NCBI GenBank assembly: GCA_963667675.1
Contig: OY763929.1
Coordinates: 2,030,358-2,094,357, forward strand
DNA from: Dehalococcoidia bacterium
Lineage (GTDB): Bacteria > Chloroflexota > Dehalococcoidia > Lucifugimonadales > UBA3495
Direction of reading: 5' to 3'
DNA: 64,000 nt
In this document: positions 10,901 through 19,269 of the stretch, in pieces
Layout of the letters: every line of letters starts with the position of its first letter
Position numbering within the stretch: the stretch's first letter is position 1
The notes under the pieces: model-generated
Database searches by the model: none
The model's input: the letters and a program-made list of their open reading frames with translations, nothing else
What the model was told of the DNA's origin: nothing
Translations under genes and position numbers: made by a program

Positions 10901-12419
10901 CCAGAAGGTTGGCCGCGGCGCAGCCCGTAGCGCTGTACGCCTTGTAGACGTAGGTCGTTTCATCCGTCAACCCGGTCAGCGACTCCGCGCTAGTGCCGGC
11001 GGCGACAGGCCCCTGACAGGTGGAGTCCGGCCCCACGTCGGCCTGGTACCACCATTGGGCCGTGTGGTTGGCGATGGTGAGGGTTGCCGTGGTTCTGGTG
11101 ATCGCGCTCGTGGTGAGGGTGGGCGGCGGCGCGGCGGTTGTGAAGGCGCTCGCCGTGGCGATGGCTGTGTTGCACACCCAGTTGCTGTACGCCGTGTAGG
11201 TGTACTGTGTGCTCGGCGTCAGGCCGCTCAGGTTGACGCTGCTTCCGGCAACGGCGATGTTCGAGCAGGTCGCGTGCGGCCCCGTGTCGGCCTTGTACCA
11301 CCACTGCCATCCATGGTTGGAGAGAGTCAGCGTGGCGGTGTTGTGGGTGACGCTGCCCGCGGAGAGCGAAGGGGAAGGCGGCGGGCTGGGCGTGTAGGGC
11401 CCCGACGACGCGGAGTAGCTGATGGGGCCATAGTTGGACCAGCGGTCCTCCGACCCCTTGCCGGCGCGCACGGCGATGGTGTACGTGGAGCCGTTGTTCA
11501 CGTTGATGGTGATGCTGGTGGAGGTCTCGCTGTAGGAGACGAGTTGATAGGTTGTCCCAAAGTCGGTTGAGTACTCGATGCGGTACCTGGTGGCGCCGCT
11601 GACCGCGGCCCAGGTGGCGGTCAGCGTTCCGTTGCCGCGGGTCACGGAGACCCAGTCGGGGCCGGGGAGCATATTGGACGGCAGCGCATTCGGGATGGGG
11701 GGCGACTCGGGGGAGTTGGTCCAGCCGCTCCATCCGTTGGCGTTGCCGGCGCGCACGCCCACGTAGTAGGTGTTGCCGTTCCAGATTTCGAAGGTGATGC
11801 TGTTGGATGTATGCTCGGAGGCAAGGGTCTTCCAGACGCGCCCTTTGTCGGCGGTGTAGTTCACCTGGTACTTGGTCGCGCCGGAGACGGCGGGCCAGGA
11901 CGCGGTGAGCGTGCCCTTGCCGCGGAATCCTACGCCGGTGCGCTCCAAGGTGATGCTGCTCGGCGCGTCCGGCGGATTGGATTGCGCCACCGCGTCGGTC
12001 TTGCAGGCGTGGCCTGCAGGGCACTCCACGTTGGCAAGCGCCGACTGCGTCCACGCGCTGCCGCTCTTGCCGTTGTGGGCCTGGACGGCGACGTAGTAGG
12101 GGAGGGCGTCGTTGACGCCGGTGATGGTCGCGGAGGTCCCCTGTACGCGGGAGGGGCCGTCCTCCCACGTCCGGCCGCCGTCGTCCGTGTAGCGGACGTT
12201 GTAGTAGACGACCTCCTTCTCGACGACTCTCCAGGAGACGTTGAGGACGCCATAGCCGAATGTGCCCCGGGTGACGGTGACGTTGCCCGGCGCGGCGGGG
12301 GCCTCCGATGCCGCCGTGGAGGAGGCGGAGACCGCAATCGCGGCCAGCACGGCCGCCGCCGCCATGACCAGGATATACCACCGGAGCATCCCTCTGCCAA
12401 GTTGCCGCAAAGCAGTCAT
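7905..12419 (-). CDS. Very large secreted/cell-surface repeat protein (Fn3-like modules plus Cys-pair Fn3-like modules plus two unknown ~170-aa modules)
   Basis: 1504 aa. N-terminal hydrophobic signal/anchor (WYILVMAAAAVLAAIAVSASS). About 4 Fn3-like modules and about 9 copies of a module with WWYKAD.GPH.TC.GPV...LTGL.P.T.YTY.AYSD..C. Two copies of a module starting QG.AFTTGSN.GGYTL.S. No recognisable C-terminal sorting signal. Confidence 0.8.
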   Translation of the reverse strand: MTALRQLGRGMLRWYILVMAAAAVLAAIAVSASSTAASEAPAAPGNVTVTRGTFGYGVLNVSWRVVEKEVVYYNVRYTDDGGRTWEDGPSRVQGTSATITGVNDALPYYVAVQAHNGKSGSAWTQSALANVECPAGHACKTDAVAQSNPPDAPSSITLERTGVGFRGKGTLTASWPAVSGATKYQVNYTADKGRVWKTLASEHTSNSITFEIWNGNTYYVGVRAGNANGWSGWTNSPESPPIPNALPSNMLPGPDWVSVTRGNGTLTATWAAVSGATRYRIEYSTDFGTTYQLVSYSETSTSITINVNNGSTYTIAVRAGKGSEDRWSNYGPISYSASSGPYTPSPPPSPSLSAGSVTHNTATLTLSNHGWQWWYKADTGPHATCSNIAVAGSSVNLSGLTPSTQYTYTAYSNWVCNTAIATASAFTTAAPPPTLTTSAITRTTATLTIANHTAQWWYQADVGPDSTCQGPVAAGTSAESLTGLTDETTYVYKAYSATGCAAANLLATAASFTTLPPPHVTNLQTVSLTGSAINSATKQGVAFTTGSNAGGYTLTSVTISMRKSGSPTPSNLAITLHSMDGSSPYDNNTSYPSSTTKATLTGTAPTSTSFTDTIFTCSGSGCELDPGATYFVVASYSGNSQYEWRYAADALIETNHPSDNGWNIGYSHFKNSGQSWNSWSDWHIFRADFEFNPSLTASSITSTGATLTMAHHTGTWYYKATTGPHTTCQGPVAANTSTKTLTGLTPGTSYTYSAYSDSGCTTANLLATASAFTTSGVSVSTLDGALFQSYQVGNYNSTQQQGAQAFTTGSNTGGYTLSSIDIRFDNKIGSPTDLVVTLHAASGSNPNTTTTLATLSGASSPSSAGVYTYTCSGSGCDLSASTTYFVLMKAPNSTGTSYYQVDLTAAAETKQPSNNGWSIADKGRDGLYGNWFDMTAAVKMKVAATVNTSGQGSSSSVTAQSGGAAQSGTLTVDRLHATSAVLDFNISQITYNWHYKADTGPHAAACSARLNVHHDAHVGGLTPLTEYTYRAYSDANCANEAASITFTTLRVDLDVSNLTAGSVTLTPNPAHWPSATTYYLKGTTLAGCEPYTGSANNIRLWPLSQFTFEMHSTSSCNDSPHLGYAEFIGPYATLTATHVSANSATLELGGWTQREWYYRRTQPSGDNTCHKKDAGDTTVTLTGLQPNTQYAYWAYRNSNCAAQNSLRSTNAPGITFTTVSMAASEPGATTATITLNGGHHGQPWWYAETAMNPSYTSGQPFASNCHYGGVSKSGGSSVVVRGLVPGNGNSSKSYTFTAYSDADCSVARAMGSVDADTMRPTLSANKLSGGGARLTLGNWGANDPDWRYRANVVVPHSGNIVLHGADGCLGPVTGGALQTDIDSLPSLSGYGAYYVFTAYSASGCHYSKVTAAALLGGPPGTPSLTASGVTQTGAALAIANHPGTWYYKADAGPHATCQGPVHAATETLTGLAAGATYNYTAYSDSGCSSGNLLATAAAFTTNTS

Positions 12420-12640
12420 GTCGCCCCCCTTTCTGAAGGCTCTGAAGACGAACCAGTCAATTTTCCCGAGTCAACATTTACTCAATTGACACTTACATTT
12501 AATAGATTATACACCATTCAGCGCAATATAAGGATGGTATATAGCTATAATCTCATGTGACTGCAATAATTTTATCTGGTTATGCGCTGTTTAAGTAATA
12601 CGTTAGCGATATATAGCTATAAAGTCATCACCCCATCACA
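12420..12640 (-). promoter_or_regulatory. A/T-rich upstream region of the giant gene with sigma70-like elements and a duplicated 12-mer
   Basis: Sharp drop in G+C. On the gene strand there is a consensus TATAAT (plus-strand attata at 12506..12511) and a TTGCAG-N17-TATATA candidate. ATATAGCTATAA occurs at 12539..12550 and 12611..12622. Confidence 0.45.
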
Positions 12641-13255
12641 CCCGCCGTAGGGGCGCCCCTGGTGGGCGCCCTGGGGCAATGCGCCCAAACCCGTCATACC
12701 GGCGAAAGCCGGTATCCAGCCCCGCGCATCTCTGGATACCGGCTCGGAGGCCGGAATGACGGGCTGATGGCATGGGCGCGAGATTCCCGCCTGCGCGGGA
12801 ATGACGGGTTTGGGGGCGTGGCATGGGCGCGAGATTCCCGCCTGCGCGGGAATGACATTTGGGGTGCGGGATGATGGTTGGGGGCGGCATGACGGGTACG
12901 CAACCCGTCACCCCCGCGCAGGCGGGGGTCTGAGAGGGAACGGTGCGGGTTGGGGGCTTGGGCTTGAGATTTCTCGGCTGCGCTCGAAATGACGGGTTGG
13001 GGGCGGAACCGACTGCACCCGCAACCATCCCCACCGCCCCGCTCACCCTGAGCTTGTCGAAGGGCTCACCACGGACGTACCGCCACACCAGGCGTAGGGG
13101 CGCCCCTTCGACGGCGCTCAGGGTGAACGGGTTGAGGGGAGTCACCGCGGACGGACCGTCACATCAGGCGTAGGGGCGTCCCTTGTGGGCGCCCTGGGGG
13201 GATGCCCTCCCCTACAACCACGTAGTAGGGGCGGTTCGCGAACCGCCCCTACGTA
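12640..13255. repeat. Mosaic repeat cluster C (includes a 2-copy 51-bp tandem repeat)
   Basis: Composite unit at 12647..12754. 51-bp tandem unit (agattcccgcctgcgcgggaatgacgggtttgggggcgtggcatgggcgcg) starts at 12781 and 12832. A ~140-nt segment is shared with cluster D. Palindrome at about 13225..13252. Confidence 0.85.
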
Positions 13256-13345
13256 TGTCCGAATCACCGCCCGCTCAGAGCCCGCCCCGTACTTGATACG
13301 GGGGTGAACCTGTCGAACCACCCCTTGCCCGCCTGCATCCCGCCC

Positions 13346-13738
13346 TCACACGGACATGATGTTCAGGTCCTGGAGCCGGTCGAAGTGCCTGCGGTTGTTC
13401 GTGAGAAGGGTAAGGTTGTGCCGTATTGCCGTGGCGCCAATGAGTAAGTCCAAGTCGCTGATGAGAGCGCCGGAGGTCCGCAAACGCCCGCGTTCCCGGG
13501 CGAATATACGGCATACGGACTCGTCTAGCGTCAAGACCTCTACGGAGGCCAGGAAGCGCCCTAGCATCTCCTCATCGCGCTGGGGGTCCGAGGCCCACTA
13601 CATACCTTCGTACAACTCCGCCAGCGATATGATGCTCAGGGCAAGCCCGTACTGCGCCAACTCCTCAAGCCTGCGAACAACACGGTCAACCTGGTGCAAG
13701 TGGTCGATAGCCCAATCCGTGTCGATCAGGTAGAGCAT
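13346..13738 (-). pseudogene. vapC: PIN-domain toxin VapC interrupted by an in-frame TAG
   Basis: ATG at 13738 gives MLYLIDTDWAIDHL...SLAELYEGM, then TAG (13600..13598), then the same frame continues as WASDPQRDEEMLGRFL... into ORF 13346..13567. The frame was checked: 13738-13567=171. Confidence 0.75.
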
Positions 13739-13745
13739 GTTGCCA

Positions 13746-13982
13746 TTACAAGTTCACGGGCTCCCTGGAGCCGCCATCGCGGGCCTCGTAGATCATTCGC
13801 TTGAGCTCCTCCGGGTCGCGGCTGCCTTTCCAACCCCCCTCGGACGCTCGGAGCGCATCAATCCTACTATCGACTGAGGCCGCTCCCTCCACTGACACCA
13901 TCACCTCCGCGCCCTCCTTCAAGTCGAGGGGCTCCAGAGGCGTGAGGACGCCGTTCTCGTACTTTGCACGCACTGCGGTCAT
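13746..13982 (-). CDS. DUF104/AF2212-like antitoxin (VapB-type partner of vapC)
   Basis: MTAVRAKYENGVLTPLEPLDLKEGAEVMV is the family-typical N-terminus. GGAGG lies 7 nt upstream of the ATG at 13982. The stop is 7 nt before the vapC ATG. Confidence 0.7.
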   Translation of the reverse strand: MTAVRAKYENGVLTPLEPLDLKEGAEVMVSVEGAASVDSRIDALRASEGGWKGSRDPEELKRMIYEARDGGSREPVNL

Positions 13983-14084
13983 TTGCGTTCCTCCGCCCAC
14001 GGCGCTTTCATCGTGCCGACTCGTCTGCTTTCGGGCCATTATAGCCCATTGCGCGCCGGCCAAGAAGAAACCCGCCCCCCACAA

Positions 14085-14600
14085 CCCCGTAGGGGCGGTT
14101 CGCGAACCGCCCCTACTGCACCCGCAACCATCCCCACCGCCCCGTTCACCCTGAACTTGTCGAAGGGCTCACCACGAACGTACCGTCACACCGGGTGTAG
14201 GGGCGCCCCTGGTGGGCGCCCTGGACGATGCCCCCAAACCCGTCATACCGGCGAAAGCCGGTATCCAGCCCCCGCGCATCCCTGGATACCGGCTCGGAGG
14301 CCGGAATGACGGGCTGATGACGAGGGTTTTAGATTCCCGCCTGCGCGGGAATGACGGGTTTGGGGGCGTGGCATGGGCGCGAGATTCCCGCCTGCGCGAG
14401 AATGACGGGTTTGGGGGCGTGGCATGGGCGCGAGATTCCCGCCTGCGCGGGAATGACGGGTTTGGGGTGCGGGATGATGGTTGGGGGCGGCATGACGGGT
14501 ACGCAACCCGTCACCCCCGCGCAGGCGGGGGTCTGAGAGGGAATGGTGCGGTTTGGTGGGCTTGGGCTTGAGATTTCTCGGCTGCGCTCGAAATGACAGA
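14085..14600. repeat. Mosaic repeat cluster D (includes a 3-copy 51-bp tandem repeat)
   Basis: Palindrome at about 14089..14116 and composite unit at 14197..14304. 51-bp tandem copies start at 14331, 14382 and 14433. The ~140-nt tail is shared with cluster C. Confidence 0.85.
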
Positions 14601-14808
14601 GGCACAGGGCGGCATCGTCGGGTTGGGAAGGTGGCAACCGCTGAGATAGTATTGCCGGTCTAAAAGGCCAGGGCTGAGCAGGTATGGGGCGTTATGTCAA
14701 GTATGGCCCCATCCCATTTTACTGACAGAGGCCGCTTGCTTAATCCCTGCTTGGTTTCTATGCTCAAAGGGTTGGACACAACCGTGGTGACGAACCAAGG
14801 AGCAAATA

Positions 14809-15033
14809 GTGACCTCGGAAACGATAATAATAGGGACTCTTCAGGCGGTGGCATCCGCGGCCCTGGCGATAGGGGCCATCCTGCTGAAGGTAATCCGGGA
14901 CGACCAGAAGGAACTGCGGGACACGCTGGCCTCCCACGTGGAGGAGAGCCGGCCGGTAATCGAAATGGTCATCCGCCACGACGAGCGGCTGAACCGGCTG
15001 AGGAGGATTAAGCGATGGGTGCGGCGGGGATAG
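14809..15033 (+). CDS. Small membrane-anchored hypothetical protein
   Basis: 74 aa. GTG start with AAGGAG 6 nt upstream. N-terminal TM helix (IIIGTLQAVASAALAIGAILL) followed by a charged helical tail. Confidence 0.5.
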   Translation: MTSETIIIGTLQAVASAALAIGAILLKVIRDDQKELRDTLASHVEESRPVIEMVIRHDERLNRLRRIKRWVRRG

Positions 15034-15076
15034 AGTAAGTCCTTGGTGAAGCCGGACAGTCCTGGAGTGAAAACTT

Positions 15077-16306
15077 CTACGTCATCCGCAGGAAGCTGAC
15101 GGCGTTGCCGTACATGTGCTTCTGCAGGGCTTCCGGGCTGAATTTGCCCCAGAAGTCCCACTCCATGACCTCTTTAGCCGTCTCGGGGAACAACGCCTGG
15201 CCGTGGGGGTAGTCGGACTGGTGCATGAGGCAGTCTTCGCCCAGGATATTCACGCAAGCCTCGGTCATCAGCGGCCCCTCGAAAGGCTCGGCGGCGCACC
15301 GGAACCGTCCCATCTGGACGTATTCTATGGGCGTGTACTCGAGGTTGGGGGTTAGCCCTTGCGCATAGCTCTTGTTGAAGCCCAGGCGTATCACCCAGTT
15401 GGGCAGCCAGCCGTGGCCTACCTCGGAAACGGCAGCCCGCAGGTTGGGGTACTTGTCGAACAGGCCCGACAAAATCAGGTAGGCGCAGAGCCTGGCCGCG
15501 CCCCAGGGATGGGCTGCGGTGCGGGCGACCACGGAATTGCCCCAGATGTCCTGGTGGCCGGGGAAGTAAGGAGGCTCCATAAAGAAGCTGTGGTGCACCA
15601 GGGGCAGGTCCAGGTCGTTCATGGCGGCGAATACCGGGTCAAGGTCTGGGTCATCCACGGGCAGGCCCGGCGGAAGGTGTATCCACACCGCGGCCACCCA
15701 CTTGCTGTTGGCCCACTTCCTGATTTCCGAGATAGCCCATTCAGGGTCTGAGCCCGGCACCTGTAGGCTGCTCTTCATGCGGTCTGGCGCCACCGAGGTG
15801 TAGGCGTCCATGTAGTTGTGGTAGGCCCGGTACATCCCCTCGGCCAGCGTGACGTCCTGGTCGTAGATGCCCGTCAGGCTGGAGGCCCACATGCCCGGAA
15901 ATATAAAGTCCAGGTCCCGCCCCTCCAAGTCCATGTCGATGAGGCGGCCCTCGGAATTTTCATCCTCAACGCCCGGGGTCACGGACCCCCGGTGCATGCT
16001 GATGGTCCCGGCCCGGGCCCCGGCCTGCCCAGGGGCGCCGGCCGCCTGGTGCCCGGCCTCCAGCTTTGTGCCCGGCCATCGATCGTAGGGAAGGGCGTCA
16101 ATGCTCAACCCAACGGCGCTGACCGGCTCCTGGCCGGGACCCCTGCGGATGTTCCGGCGCACCAGCTTGTACGGCTCCAACTCCGGCAGGCGGGGCCTGA
16201 AGCTGGGTTCCACGTACTTTTCCAGCACAGTCAGGTTGGGGTCCACGTGGGTGTCCATGTCGGCAACCTTGATTCCGTTAATCATCTGCGCCTCTATTAA
16301 GGACAT
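15077..16306 (-). CDS. Amidohydrolase-2 family metal-dependent hydrolase/decarboxylase
   Basis: 409 aa. N-terminal DMDTH and C-terminal HQSDYPH motifs are typical of Amidohydro_2 (ACMSD-like) proteins. Confidence 0.7.
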   Translation of the reverse strand: MSLIEAQMINGIKVADMDTHVDPNLTVLEKYVEPSFRPRLPELEPYKLVRRNIRRGPGQEPVSAVGLSIDALPYDRWPGTKLEAGHQAAGAPGQAGARAGTISMHRGSVTPGVEDENSEGRLIDMDLEGRDLDFIFPGMWASSLTGIYDQDVTLAEGMYRAYHNYMDAYTSVAPDRMKSSLQVPGSDPEWAISEIRKWANSKWVAAVWIHLPPGLPVDDPDLDPVFAAMNDLDLPLVHHSFFMEPPYFPGHQDIWGNSVVARTAAHPWGAARLCAYLILSGLFDKYPNLRAAVSEVGHGWLPNWVIRLGFNKSYAQGLTPNLEYTPIEYVQMGRFRCAAEPFEGPLMTEACVNILGEDCLMHQSDYPHGQALFPETAKEVMEWDFWGKFSPEALQKHMYGNAVSFLRMT

Positions 16307-16430
16307 CTTGGGTTGGGGAAGCTGGGAGTCCGGCAGGATGATGGTAGTACGCCGGTCGTTTTTGGGTCAAGACAACATGAGGACTATCGATACGCCGCGG
16401 CGCTGAAGCCGGAACCGGCCTTGCCTTTCT

Positions 16431-18162
16431 CTAGCGAGAGCCTTCAACCTGGACGGTGACGATATCGAGGCCGTGGTATTTCCGGTGGCGGACCGAGGAA
16501 GCGTAGTGGCGCAACAGGCGGTAGGAGATTTCGCTTTCCTGCGGGACTTCTGTCTCCTCGCCCATGTAGGCGAGGCGGTCTTCCAGGTTCTCGTCCACCA
16601 GGGAAGACAAGAACTCCAGTTCAACCGAGCGGGATGCAGGACGGGCCATTACTGTGAGCCGACGCGGGCCGTCCTCTGACTCGTGTTCCACGTCTTGGAG
16701 CAAGCTGGAAAGCGCCTCTTCGCCGGCGGACCTCAGCCGGTCCGTTGAAGCTTTGTTCCAGCCGGCCCGTCCGCCGACTTGCTGCAGGAACTCGTCAATC
16801 TCCGGCAAGGCGGAAATGTCCAGTTCCGTCTCAAGTTGGGAACGGCGGGGAGCAGCCAGGTTCATAATCGCGGTCAGCCCGATTGCGGCTATGGTCCCCG
16901 CGGCCAGCCCGTTGTCCAGCAGCGTACCCCACGCGTCTCCCACGACCTCGGAGAACAAGTCCTGGCTCTGGAAGCCGATTCCCAGGGCGACTGACACCGC
17001 CACCACAATGGCCTTGCGGTGGTCGAGGCCGTCCTGCAGAAACGGTCCGGGCCCCTTCCACGAAAAGCATTCCCATGACCATCATCAGGTATATGCCCAT
17101 GACCGGGGACGGGACCGACAGGAGGAGGGCGGCCACCTTGGGCAGGAACGCCAACGCTATCAGTATTGCTCCCAAGGCATATCCAACGTTGCGGGAGGCC
17201 ACCCTGGTCAAGGTGACCAAGGTGGCGCTGTTGGCCTCCTGGGTGCCCAGGGGCGGCGCCCCGGCAACGCCGGTCAGCAGGCTGCCGGCGCCCACCGCGT
17301 TCACGGCTCCCTGTACCCGGCGAAAGTCGGTTGCCCGCTCCCCGCGCCATGAGGCCCGCTGGATGGCGACGCCGCCGCCCACTACCTTGAATGAGCTTAC
17401 CAGCGTCACCACAAGGAAAAGGGGAAGGATGGCCCAGAACTCGGCTCCCGGAGTGAGTTCCAAGCCCGGCCAGCCGCCGGTGGGGACGCCGACCCAGGCG
17501 GCGTCTACGACCCGCTGCGCGTCGTACATGCCGAAAACGGCGCCGACCACGCAGCCGGCGGCGATGCCCAATATGGGAGACCACATCCGCCATCTTCCGG
17601 TGGTCAGCAGTCCCAGGGGCACAGTAACGCCCAGGACGGCCCCGGCCACAAGCAGCCCAACCCCCGCCGGCGCATCCTCGGGAACGTCGGCCACCCAATC
17701 GAAGGCAATGGGTATGGTCATCGCCGACACCAGCAGGAGAACGGTGCCGGACACCACCGGCGTCACGATCCGGCGCAGTAGCGGCAGCCATGCAGCAAGC
17801 AGGAAATGGACCAGCGACGAGACCACCACCAAGCTGGCCATCAGGGCGGGGCCGCCGTTGGCCAGGGCTATCCGGGAGACCGGCATATAGGTGGCCAAGG
17901 TGTTGGTAAAGAACAAGTGGCCAGCGCCGAATCGCCGGATGCTGCCGGCCTGCAGGGCGGTGCTGGCGCCGTTGATGATCAGGGCGATGAAGACGGCCCA
18001 GGTCAGGTAGTCCTCGCCGTGGCTGTCGCCCTGCAAAGTGAGGGACACCACCAGCACGGTGGCGATGAGCAGGATGACGGCCCCCTGGAAGCCTACGGCC
18101 AGGGACACCAGGGGAGGGCATGGCTCATCCGGCTCGTAGAGGATGTTGTCGTCGGTTGTCAT
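16431..18162 (-). pseudogene. NCS2 (xanthine/uracil) family permease with cytoplasmic C-terminal domain, split by a 1-nt frameshift near 17040
   Basis: ORF 16831..18162 reads as a polytopic permease until ..GMLFVEGARTV, then turns into Arg/Gly/Pro-rich text. The frame of ORF 16431..17006 continues sensibly (LQDGLDHRKAIVVAVSVALGIGFQ...). Confidence 0.7.
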
Positions 18163-18199
18163 CCGGGTCTTCTACGCCCAGTGCGTACTACGTTGGGCG

Positions 18200-18487
18200 T
18201 CAGACCCCTTCGGCAATCACCGTGCTGGTAACGGTGCTCTTGTTGCGGATTTCCGAGAGTTCCGCGTACTCCGGAGAGTCGACGAAGGCGTTGGCGCTTT
18301 CGAGGCTGTCGAACTCGATGACCACCACCCGGTGGGGCTGCCAGGAGCCCTCCACAACCCTAGTTGCGCCGCCGCGCACCAAATACTTGCCCCCGTGGGC
18401 CTCGACAACCCCCGGAATTCTCTGAACGTACTCATCGAACTGGGCTTGGTCGGTAATCTGGTTGTCTACCAGGAGATATGCTGCCAT
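18200..18487 (-). CDS. DUF1330 domain protein
   Basis: MAAYLLVDNQITDQAQFDEYV...GGKYLVRGG is family-typical. GGAGG lies 7 nt upstream of the ATG at 18487. Confidence 0.7.
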   Translation of the reverse strand: MAAYLLVDNQITDQAQFDEYVQRIPGVVEAHGGKYLVRGGATRVVEGSWQPHRVVVIEFDSLESANAFVDSPEYAELSEIRNKSTVTSTVIAEGV

Positions 18488-18695
18488 TTCGAAACCTCCA
18501 CGCGTGGGTTTGTGGGCTTCCTGCGGACCGCGCTGGGCCGCCAACTCTGAATGCTCAGCGACTCCCGCGTCGATGGCGTTATGGTATGACAGTTGATACG
18601 CCGCGGACAACCAAGGCGTTTGCCCAGCGGCTCCGCCTTGGCTTATGGGCGGTCAGCAGTACCAGCCAACATGGCCCAGCCCTTGGCACGACTTG

Positions 18696-19076
18696 TTAAC
18701 TAGAACCCTTTCCCCGGCCCTCAAACAACTCAACGATGTTGCCGGAGGGATCGCGCACCATGCTGGTTGTCCCTCCCCCCGAATACTCCACAAGTTTGGG
18801 ACCTTCCACTATCTCACCGCCGCCGGCCACGGCCCGGCGCGTGGCTTCTTGGCAGTCCTCGACCCCGAATGCCACGTGAGCGCGGGACACTTGCTCTTCG
18901 GATTCAGCGAGAAAAAGCGCAAAGTGGAAGTATGGGTCTTGAAACGAGTATTCAGCGTGATGATATGACCCGTGGGCGTCGACTTTCAGGGGGATTCCCA
19001 GGGCGCGGTAGAAGTCGACGCAACGGTCGAGGTCTGTAACGTATAAGCCAATCATCTGGACGTTCATGGCGGCCAT
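18696..19076 (-). CDS. VOC (glyoxalase/bleomycin-resistance) family protein
   Basis: 126 aa with the VOC pattern (IGLYVTDLDRCVDFYRALG ... HVAFGVED ... VRDPSGNIVEL). Confidence 0.7.
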   Translation of the reverse strand: MAAMNVQMIGLYVTDLDRCVDFYRALGIPLKVDAHGSYHHAEYSFQDPYFHFALFLAESEEQVSRAHVAFGVEDCQEATRRAVAGGGEIVEGPKLVEYSGGGTTSMVRDPSGNIVELFEGRGKGSS

Positions 19077-19269
19077 TTGCTCACCTCGGCACCGGAGTTT
19101 GCGACGCGTGCTGCATTAAGCTAGCACGGGCGGGGGCCGGAATCCATGGAGGGTTGGCCCTTGAATTTCCCCCGGATAAGCACCGGCTGTCCGTTCCCCC
19201 TTCGATTTCCCTCAGGGCGAACGGACAGCCTAGTCCCAGGTTAGGTGTTTGGCTTCCCTGGATTCTCCC

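Noticed and set aside
12781-14470. CRISPR-like look of the repeated gattcccgcctgcgcgggaatgac units (2 copies at 12781..12870, 3 copies at 14331..14470).
   Set aside because: The sequences between the palindromic cores are identical from copy to copy, so the whole 51-bp unit is repeated. There are no unique spacers, only 2-3 copies, and no cas genes. It is a tandem repeat within a REP/MITE-like mosaic, not a CRISPR array.
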